This document shows positions 58,301 through 64,000 of a stretch of 64,000 nucleotides of DNA, one piece after another. The DNA comes from Pseudomonadota bacterium. GTDB lineage: Bacteria; Pseudomonadota; Gammaproteobacteria; Burkholderiales; Thiobacillaceae. The notes beneath the pieces are model-generated. The model did no database searches. It was not told the DNA's origin and saw nothing but the letters and a program-made list of their open reading frames with translations. The position numbers and the translations under genes are program-made. Numbering within the stretch: the stretch's first letter is position 1; each line of letters opens with the position of its first letter. The DNA lies in NCBI GenBank assembly GCA_040757575.1, contig JBFLXA010000012.1, forward strand, positions 4,707 to 68,706, written 5' to 3'.

Positions 58301-58477
58301 CTGGACGAAGGCCCACAGCCAGCGGGCGGGAATCCAGACCATCCAGGCCAGGACCCCCAGGGTCAGGCCGTAGGCCGTGCGGGCACGGTCTCCCAGCAGC
58401 CCCAGCAGGAAAGCCCCGCCCAGTCCCAGGGCCAGGAGGAGGATGGGATGCAGGAACAGGCTGTCCACGGCCGTCAT
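55322..58477 (-). CDS. fused double antiporter-like subunit (two MrpD/NuoM/N-type modules, MbxH-MbxH' equivalent)
   Basis: 1051 aa, about 28 TM helices, with two successive proton-conducting-transporter cores. The start overlaps the MrpC-like stop (ATGA). Confidence 0.85.
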   Translation of the reverse strand: MTAVDSLFLHPILLLALGLGGAFLLGLLGDRARTAYGLTLGVLAWMVWIPARWLWAFVQEGAPPQEIFTAGTPPPFAINLRFGLEEAALALLVNLTGLFTALHLKDALLGQGRRAMAVLLVAVMALGGILLTRDLFNLFVFFELAVISTAGLVLLSRDERALGAGFKYLLVSQFISVLLLVGIIFAYHATGTLNIDGMAAANLGLTQGGSLAFFFIFLALVAELKPFPANGWALDIYESAHPGFSALFSAATGAAALYAVDKLLLVGGSAWLPLATGIGITTFVAANILALPQKNDRRLLGYSSIAQTGLVLAVLGQRDILGEATPFIAFGILVSHAVAKAGLFWLSGLVAGRQLTDWAALAKRPLLLFAFACFIALLAGLPPFPGFYAKWELAQVLAREGRLALLALVLLGALIEAGYLFRWFGYALKREAPATSPTCPAHKALPVLAALAAAWALAWLWGDLSAGLFGRSNLLLALPLLFALGFLLLDWLPAWVKNTLAIGGLVGFFLLTWDDYDPLRLIFALIFTLGGAITLLASYHAHGRRIGFYPATLLMFAGLVMLVQAQDAFHFFAAWELLTLGSYFLILRGKESEPHALSYMVFSLGGAFLILAGFALAAAGAGVPNLYLVDLVDLVEPIAPWVFLLLALGFMTKTAAIGLHIWLPGAHAEAETDVSPLVSGILLKAGLFGLFVLLMTLGPQTLYGVDLTHALLWVGALTALLGNLLAIFQEDAKRLLAYSSIGQMGYALFGLALMNHLGWLMALLFVINHFIYKSMLFLAVGGVAKRTGTREMYRMGGLIKLMPLSFIAVLIGIIAMSGVPPLSGFGGRWIFYNAIMDHDSRLPMVILFMAGPIAFLYLFRLIHTIFLGQLKDELRRVKEAPFWIVVPQMLFVVMLLVFAVVPGLALRQVDAYISTFFPTGALQWEGGLITSQYGYWNPVAIMIIVGVIFATLFAWLLFVNRRAQMVKQFNIVFSAERPYRPETTHFAWNFYAPYRKAMGFLTQPFVTRFWGTVTDLLHTAGDLGRRLYDGNGQHYAFHFLAFVVIVFFVGF

Positions 58478-58839
58478 CCCTTCAGCTCCGTGAACTGGCG
58501 GATGTCCAGGCTGCGTTTCCGGTCATGGAGCCGCAGGGCGTAGGCCAGCATGAGGGCCGTCACCCCCACGCCGATGACGATGGCGGTGAGCACCAGGGCC
58601 TGGGGCAGGGGGTCGATGATGCGGGCCACGGCCTGGGCGGCCGGCACCGTGGCATCCAGGATGGGGGCGGTGCGTCCGCCCATGTAGCCGATGGCGACGA
58701 TGACGGTGTTCACCCCCGTGCCCGCCAGGGTGAAGGCCACGATCATGCGCAGCAGGTTACGGTGGGTGAGGGCGCCGTAGAAGCCGATGAGGATCAGCAG
58801 GAAGCCGGTGGCCAGGGCCATCTGGGCGATGTCGGGCAT
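58474..58839 (-). CDS. MrpC/MnhC/NuoK-like subunit
   Basis: Three TM helices, LTHRNLLRMIVAF and ALVLTAIVIG blocks. Confidence 0.85.
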   Translation of the reverse strand: MPDIAQMALATGFLLILIGFYGALTHRNLLRMIVAFTLAGTGVNTVIVAIGYMGGRTAPILDATVPAAQAVARIIDPLPQALVLTAIVIGVGVTALMLAYALRLHDRKRSLDIRQFTELKG

Positions 58840-59558
58840 CAGGGCGCCTCCCCGTCATGGGCTCGGGACTTCTCCTCCGCCAGACCCGCCAGCAGGGAAG
58901 ACAGTTCCGCCCCCACCTTCAGGCCGATGAGGGAATAGATGAGGGGGATGGCCCCGGCGGAGAACAGGGCCCCCAAGGTGCCGGTGGGCAGGATGCGGTT
59001 GTCCAGGAAGCCCCCGGCCAGCACCAGGCCCAGCAGGCCGATGAGCACGTAGAACGTGCCGGACAGGGCTTCGATGGCGCCGATGAGCCGATGGCTGAAG
59101 GTCTTGAAGGGATCGGCCAGCAGCATCAGCAAGGCCCCGGAAGCGATGATGGCGCCGCCCTGGAAGCCGCCGCCCGGTGTCAGGTGGCCGTTGACGAAGA
59201 CATAGACCCCCAACAGCAGGATCAGGGGGGCCAGGTAGCGGCTGCCGGTGGCCAGCAGTTCCCCCACGGGGGGCCGGGGGGCGCCGGATTTCTCCGCCTG
59301 CCCCCCCAGGGCCAGCACCAGGCCCACCACGGCGGCGGCCAGGAACAGCACCGTCACTTCCCCCAGGGTATCCAGGCCCCGGTAGGTGACGATGATGGCG
59401 GTGACGATGTTGGCGGCCCCCAGGTCCGGGGCGGTGCGCTCGGCGTAGTAGCGGGCGGTCTGGTTCAGCTCCGGGTCCGGGCTGTAGCCCGCCAGCAGGG
59501 CAGAGAACAGGCCTCCCAGGGCGAGCACCAGGGCCAGGGCGATGAAGCGCTTAACCAT
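58839..59558 (-). CDS. MrpB/MnhB-domain subunit (MbhE/F-like)
   Basis: NIVTAIIVTYRGLDTLGEVTVL and GGFQGG blocks typical of the MnhB domain. Confidence 0.8.
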   Translation of the reverse strand: MVKRFIALALVLALGGLFSALLAGYSPDPELNQTARYYAERTAPDLGAANIVTAIIVTYRGLDTLGEVTVLFLAAAVVGLVLALGGQAEKSGAPRPPVGELLATGSRYLAPLILLLGVYVFVNGHLTPGGGFQGGAIIASGALLMLLADPFKTFSHRLIGAIEALSGTFYVLIGLLGLVLAGGFLDNRILPTGTLGALFSAGAIPLIYSLIGLKVGAELSSLLAGLAEEKSRAHDGEAP

Positions 59559-59874
59559 GTTCCGTCTCCCGCTCGCGCCGGCTGCGGATGCGGGCCAGCA
59601 CGAAGAAGAACAGGAAGGTGGTGAGGCCGCTGCCGATGGCCGCCTCGGTCATGGCCACGTCCGGCGCCGCCAGGATGAGATACAGGATGGACGCCATCAG
59701 GCCCACCAGGCCGGCGGCCAGGATGGCGCCGGGCAGGGCCCGGATTTCCGCCGCCTCGTCGTCATCGCTTGCCTTGCCCGGCGTCCGGGCCACGGCCAGC
59801 AGGGCGGCGCCGAGCATGGCCAGGCAGAGCAGGGCGGCCAGGGCGGTGGTCAGGATATCCATGGAGGCGTCCAT
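59551..59874 (-). CDS. small membrane subunit, DUF4040/MrpA C-terminal-like (MbhD-like)
   Basis: Three TM helices, APDVAMTEAAIG block, and position between MrpG and MrpB homologues. Confidence 0.65.
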   Translation of the reverse strand: MDASMDILTTALAALLCLAMLGAALLAVARTPGKASDDDEAAEIRALPGAILAAGLVGLMASILYLILAAPDVAMTEAAIGSGLTTFLFFFVLARIRSRRERETEHG

Positions 59875-60221
59875 CAGACTTCTCCCCGGTCTTCCGACAA
59901 CCGGTCCACCCGGGTCAGGGCGGTCTTGTGGCTGCCCGCCCGGTGGGCTGCCCGGGCCAGCACCTGGGAGGAGATGGGGTTGGTGAACAGGATGAACAGG
60001 CCGATGAGCAGGAGTTTCAGGGCCCAGTCCGGATGCAGGCAGGCCACCCCGGCCAGGCTCAGCAGGGTGCCCAGGGTGGTGGCCTTGGTGCCCGCCTGGA
60101 TGCGGGTGAACAGGTCCGGCATGCGCACCAGGCCCAGGCCCCCCAGCAGCAGGAAGGCCGCCCCGCCCACCAGCAGCAGGCCGCCCAGCAGGTTCAGGGG
60201 GGTGTCCGCCAGGGGTATCAC
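59874..60221 (-). CDS. MrpG/MnhG subunit
   Basis: GLVRMPDLFTRIQAGTKATTLG hallmark. Confidence 0.85.
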   Translation of the reverse strand: MIPLADTPLNLLGGLLLVGGAAFLLLGGLGLVRMPDLFTRIQAGTKATTLGTLLSLAGVACLHPDWALKLLLIGLFILFTNPISSQVLARAAHRAGSHKTALTRVDRLSEDRGEV

Positions 60222-60478
60222 AGGCCCCGCTCCAGGTAACGGGCGACGACGATTACCCCCAGGAAGGACAGCAGGGCGTACACCAGGGCCACGTCCAGGT
60301 AGATGCCCCGGCCGGCCGCCAGGGCCACCAGCACGATGGCCGTGATGCCGACGATGGTGAGCACGTCGAAGGCCACCACCCGGTCGGCGGTGTCCGGGCC
60401 CCGCAGGAAGCGGACCAGGGCCAGCACCAGGGCCAGGCCGGTGAGCAGGGCGGCCAGCAGCACCAGGGTTTCAGCCAT
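60218..60478 (-). CDS. MrpF/MnhF subunit
   Basis: RFLRGPDTADRVVAFDVL hallmark. Confidence 0.85.
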   Translation of the reverse strand: MAETLVLLAALLTGLALVLALVRFLRGPDTADRVVAFDVLTIVGITAIVLVALAAGRGIYLDVALVYALLSFLGVIVVARYLERGL

Positions 60479-60971
60479 ACATCACCTCCAGATAGCGCTC
60501 GAAACCGGCGACGATTTCGGCGGTGGCGGCTTCGATATCCTCGGCTTCCACCGTCACCCAGTGGACGTAGAGCCACTCCCCGTCCAGTTCCACGCTGAGG
60601 GTGCCGGGGGTGAGGGTGATGGAATTGGCCAGCAGCAAGCGGCCCATGGGACTCTTCAGCCGGGTGCGTACCTTGACGATGCCCGGGTTGATGGGCAGGG
60701 CGGGGGACAGGACGATGCGGGCCAGGCGCAGGTTGGACTGCACCAGGGCCTTGAGAAAGTAGAGCCCATAGGCCGGTGCCGTCAACAGGGCGGGGACGTT
60801 GAAGCGGAACTGGGCCGCCACCGACAGGCCCTGGCGGAACAGCAGGGTGATGACCCCGGCCGCCACGCCGCCCACCAGCCACACATCGGCGGCCAGGGAG
60901 CCGTTCAGCAGCAGCCAGAAACCCAGCAGGGTGGCGAACATCAGGGTCATGGATCTGGCCTGGGCAATCAT
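60471..60971 (-). CDS. MrpE/MnhE subunit (first gene of the operon)
   Basis: LLANSITLTPGTLSV hallmark. An alternative start is at 60950. Confidence 0.8.
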   Translation of the reverse strand: MIAQARSMTLMFATLLGFWLLLNGSLAADVWLVGGVAAGVITLLFRQGLSVAAQFRFNVPALLTAPAYGLYFLKALVQSNLRLARIVLSPALPINPGIVKVRTRLKSPMGRLLLANSITLTPGTLSVELDGEWLYVHWVTVEAEDIEAATAEIVAGFERYLEVMYG

Positions 60972-61293
60972 GGACGTGCCTTCGGGCTGGCGCAGGGAGC
61001 CGAATTCGGGAACGAGGCCGGCAGGGTTTTCACAGGGGACTCTCTTCGTACATGGGCATCTTTTAGCACGAACCGCACCAGCTCGTGCTGGCAGGGGTTA
61101 CATCCTCCTGATACAAGAAAATTTACCTAGACCCGGGGGATTCTCGGGCGATACACGGGGGGACGCGCCACTGCTTGGCAACGTCCGAGGATGGCGGACA
61201 AGCATGACGACATGATGACCCGGGTTCCGCTGCACCAGTCTGGACCGGCATGCCCCGAAATCATACGTCACGGCCGGGGCATGGGGGCAGGGC

Positions 61294-61791
61294 TTACATC
61301 ATTTCCACCACCCAGCGGGTGACCGTGGCCGTGGCCAGTGCGCATTGCTGCCCCCGGGCATCGCTGAAGGCTTGGTATTCCTGCGGGTTCCACATGTCCC
61401 AGGTGCGGCCGGTGAAGGCCTGCTGCAATTCCTCGCAGGTGATGCCGCCGAATTCGGACCGGAAGCGGTCCACCAGATCCCGGCCTTTCTGGAAGTTGCC
61501 GATGAAACGGCCCCGATCCAGCTTGTCCCGGTCCCGGCCCCGCTTGGCGGAGAGGGCCATGAGTCCGCCGGTGAGGGCCCCGCAGGCCCCCTGGCCGCAG
61601 AGCCCGCCCCCGCCTGACAGGCCGTGGCTGGCCTTGATGGTGGCATCGTCGATGATGCCCACCGTTTCCTGCACCGCCGCCAGCACGCACTGGGGGCAGC
61701 AGCCGTAGTCGAGCTCGTAGCGCAGGGCCTTTTCATAGGCCTGTTGGGCGACCTGGGTTTTGTCCGGGCTGGTCATGGGGTGTCCGTGCAT
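61294..61791 (-). CDS. C_GCAxxG_C_C family redox protein
   Basis: CCPQCV ... GGGGLCGQGACGALTGG ... CEEL ... C pattern. An alternative ATG is at 61776. Confidence 0.75.
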   Translation of the reverse strand: MHGHPMTSPDKTQVAQQAYEKALRYELDYGCCPQCVLAAVQETVGIIDDATIKASHGLSGGGGLCGQGACGALTGGLMALSAKRGRDRDKLDRGRFIGNFQKGRDLVDRFRSEFGGITCEELQQAFTGRTWDMWNPQEYQAFSDARGQQCALATATVTRWVVEMM

Positions 61792-61881
61792 TAGAAAACT
61801 CTAATGTTTATAGCACGGCTTGCGTGTTGAGCCGTATCCGTAGGAGACAACTCCGCTAGATCTTTCTGCGTAATGGTCACC

Positions 61882-62295
61882 TCACTGCGTACCGACAGTT
61901 TGATGAGGCTTGGCCCCCTGAGCTTCCAGCAGGTATTTGCGCCCATCCTGGGTGGTGCAGCTGCCGTGGACCTCGGGCAGGTGGCTGACCCACTCGCAGG
62001 TCATGCGGGCGCCGTCCGGGGTCACCAGTTCGGCGTGTCCCCGGCGGATATGTCGCCGGTGGATGCGGGGCACATTGCGGTACACGCCGCGGCAGATATC
62101 GGTGTAACAACGGGTGCTGGTCCACTTGCCCTCGTAACGCAGGCCATCCAGGTCCACTTGCATGGAGTTGGCGGCAAGCCAGGTCAGGTAAAGGGTGCCG
62201 ACGCCGGGTGTGGTGGCATCAGGCCCGGTTAGGCCAATCGGGGTGGTGCAGGCACCGATCAGGGGCAGAAGGGAGAGAAGCAGCCAGTTCTTCAT
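61882..62295 (-). CDS. hypothetical lipoprotein
   Basis: Signal peptide with lipobox LIGAC, several Cys residues, no recognised family. Confidence 0.55.
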   Translation of the reverse strand: MKNWLLLSLLPLIGACTTPIGLTGPDATTPGVGTLYLTWLAANSMQVDLDGLRYEGKWTSTRCYTDICRGVYRNVPRIHRRHIRRGHAELVTPDGARMTCEWVSHLPEVHGSCTTQDGRKYLLEAQGAKPHQTVGTQ

Positions 62296-62335
62296 GGGAT
62301 TTTCCTAGTGGTTGTTCAAGATGGATGCCAGGGCT

Positions 62336-63604
62336 TCAGTGATGGTCACTGTCAGCGCCCAAAGGCCAGAGTTGATGGGCATCCAGCAGGAGGCGGGCGA
62401 TGGCCTCGTTGGCGGCCAGACGGGCCTGGCCGGCGGCCAGTTGGGCCTCCAGGGCGGTGCGCTGGGCCAACAGGGTTTCAGACAGGCCCAGTTCACCCAG
62501 TTCATGGGCGCGGCGGGATAGAGCGGCGTGGCTGGTCACGGCCTGGGCGGCCTCGTCCAGACGTTGCCAGCTTGCCACGCCGGCGGCGACCCGCTGCCAG
62601 TTGGCGGCGGATTCGGCGGCCAGGCGGCGGCGGGTTGCCGCCTCCATCTCCGCCAAGGCTTCGGCCTGGGCCAGTTGCACTCGGGCCTGGGAGCGTCGTG
62701 CCTGACCCGGAAGGGGGATGGATACGCTCACGCCGATGATCTTGTCGTTGCCGCCCTGCTCACTGGCCATGTGCAGGCCCAGGATGGGATCGGGCAGGCG
62801 GTTGGCCTCGGCGCGGCGGGTCTGCAGGCGGGCCTTTTCCAAGGCACGTTGCGCCGCCATCAGTTCATGGTTGTGTTCCAGGGTGCGGCTCAGCCAGAGG
62901 GCCTCGTCGCCCTCGGGGATGGTGGGGGCAGCCACCTGGTCATCCGGCGGGGGCAGCTCCGGGAAGCGGGCCCTGAGTTCCGCCAGGGCGGTCTGTTCAC
63001 GGGCCTCGGCCGCCACTGCCTGGGATTGGGCCTGGGCCTGGGCGGCCTCCGCCTGGAGCACGTCCAGGCGGGCGGCATCGCCCCGTTTCATCCGCGTCTG
63101 GACGATGCGCAGCTGTTCCTTCAGCACATCTGCCTGCCTGCGCCACAGGTCGGCTTCGCCTCCGGCCTGCTTGGCGGCATACCAGAGCCCCAGCAGTTGC
63201 CGGGCGATTTCGTGGCGGGCGTCGCCAATGCGTTCTTCCGCCGCCAGCACGCTTTGGGCGCCAATGCGATCATCCAGGGCAGCCTTGCCCGGCAGGCGCA
63301 GGCCCCGCTCGATACCCAGGCCCCACTCCGTGTAGTCCGCGCCGCCGCTGACGCTACGGCGCTGGGTGGACAGGCTCAGGCCGAACTCATGTTCCCCGGC
63401 CTTGAGCAGATTGTGTTCCGCCTGGGCGCCCCGCACCTCGGCCTGGGCCGCCCGCACCAGGGGCTGGGTGGACAGGGCCTGCTCCACCGCCGCCAGGGGG
63501 GGCAGGTCCGCGGGGGGTATCATGCCCGCGGCCAGAACCCCGGTGGTCCAGAGGGCGCAGGCCGTGGCCACGCCCAGACAGCAACTTGCCAACTGCTTGT
63601 TCAT
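62336..63604 (-). CDS. czcC: TolC-family outer-membrane efflux protein (CzcC-like)
   Basis: Signal peptide. Ala/Gln/Leu-rich two-repeat coiled-coil architecture. Sits downstream of an RND pump. The ATG at 63604 lies internal to track ORF 62336..63826. Confidence 0.75.
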   Translation of the reverse strand: MNKQLASCCLGVATACALWTTGVLAAGMIPPADLPPLAAVEQALSTQPLVRAAQAEVRGAQAEHNLLKAGEHEFGLSLSTQRRSVSGGADYTEWGLGIERGLRLPGKAALDDRIGAQSVLAAEERIGDARHEIARQLLGLWYAAKQAGGEADLWRRQADVLKEQLRIVQTRMKRGDAARLDVLQAEAAQAQAQSQAVAAEAREQTALAELRARFPELPPPDDQVAAPTIPEGDEALWLSRTLEHNHELMAAQRALEKARLQTRRAEANRLPDPILGLHMASEQGGNDKIIGVSVSIPLPGQARRSQARVQLAQAEALAEMEAATRRRLAAESAANWQRVAAGVASWQRLDEAAQAVTSHAALSRRAHELGELGLSETLLAQRTALEAQLAAGQARLAANEAIARLLLDAHQLWPLGADSDHH

Positions 63605-63921
63605 GCCAATCTCCCGAAGTCGATGACCGGTTCCAGCCACCAGGCCACATCCCGCTTGGGGAACCGGTTTTTCAGATGGGCCAGCAGGGCCTGGGCGTTG
63701 TCCGCCTCCAGGACGATCTGGACCAACATGCGTTGTGTGCGCCCCCGCACCAGTTCCTGGACGCTGAGCGCTTCGTGATGGCGGCTGTAGCCTTCCGCTT
63801 TGAAGAGGGTGAAGCCGGAGGCCCACTCGGGACGCTCCAGGAATTGCTCCACCAGTTCCTCTTCCAGGTACAGGGGTGCCGCCAGGGAAAGCTTCACCAG
63901 GGTCGTGGTGTTTTGAGTCAT
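63601..63921 (-). CDS. DUF3240-like small protein of heavy-metal RND operons
   Basis: About 106 aa between the RND pump and the OMF gene. ATGA overlap with czcC. Family assignment is from memory. Confidence 0.6.
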   Translation of the reverse strand: MTQNTTTLVKLSLAAPLYLEEELVEQFLERPEWASGFTLFKAEGYSRHHEALSVQELVRGRTQRMLVQIVLEADNAQALLAHLKNRFPKRDVAWWLEPVIDFGRLA

Positions 63922-63922
63922 C

Positions 63923-64000
63923 TCATTGCCCTTTCAGAATGAAGCGTCGATACAGCACGGGTAGCATCAGCAGGGTCAGGGCGGTGGAGCTGAACAGGCC
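63923..64000 (-). CDS. 3' end of an RND (CzcA/CusA-type) efflux pump; the rest lies outside the window
   Basis: Minus-strand translation GLFSSTALTLLMLPVLYRRFILKGQ-stop resembles the last TM helix of HME-RND pumps. Confidence 0.55.
   Translation of the reverse strand, partial: GLFSSTALTLLMLPVLYRRFILKGQ

Noticed and set aside
61065-61080. Possible sigma54-like element upstream of the Mbx-like operon (minus strand TGGTGC-GGTTC-GTGCT)
   Set aside because: The GG-N10-GC spacing fits, but both boxes deviate from consensus and no TGT-N10-ACA is nearby. This is too weak to call without transcription-start data.

Overview
High-GC proteobacterial chromosome segment. Gene content suggests a diazotrophic betaproteobacterium, but that is inference only.

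**Backbone.** The backbone is a large sigma54/NifA-type nitrogen-fixation regulon:
- a nifF-like flavodoxin and iscA(nif)-nifU-nifS
- an embedded TatT/DctP/DctQM TRAP transporter
- nifV-cysE-orf-nifW-nifZ-nifM
- a sigma54-driven SIR2-like/hemerythrin pair facing an unknown sigma54-driven gene
- draT, nifHDKT-fdx-nifY-orf and modE-modABC

**Defence island (about 23.0-36.2 kb).** A compositionally mosaic island of about 13 kb interrupts the backbone. It has no integrase. It carries an SNF2 helicase + AIPR pair. It also carries a tightly translationally coupled five-gene operon: DUF5131 (Gp37/Gp68, three-Cys) - TcmP - Type III Mod - RhuM - Type III Res. I consider this operon the best candidate for an undescribed composite system.

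**Respiratory-type operon (49-61 kb).** A minus-strand operon is colinear with archaeal Mbx/Mbs: an Mrp antiporter module followed by a NuoH/B/C/D/I-like module. Its NuoD-like subunit lacks most NiFe-ligand cysteines. Its NuoI-like subunit is fused to a GltD-type NAD(P)H flavoprotein. This is a second candidate novel system, sitting next to the nif genes.

**Window edges.**
- Left: fccA', a frameshifted fccB, a pentaheme cytochrome, cytochrome c peroxidase, a receiver protein, uup, tRNA-Arg(CCT) and gpx.
- Right: a C_GCAxxG_C_C protein, a lipoprotein and czcC-DUF3240-czcA'.

**Repeats.** Two families of structured repeats fill most nif intergenic spacers. One is a C5/G5-hairpin REP. The other consists of hairpins or tandem arrays built from 7-nt GGGGAAT-like units.

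**ORF track.** Many long ORFs in the supplied track are antisense or off-frame shadows typical of high-GC DNA. I rejected these.
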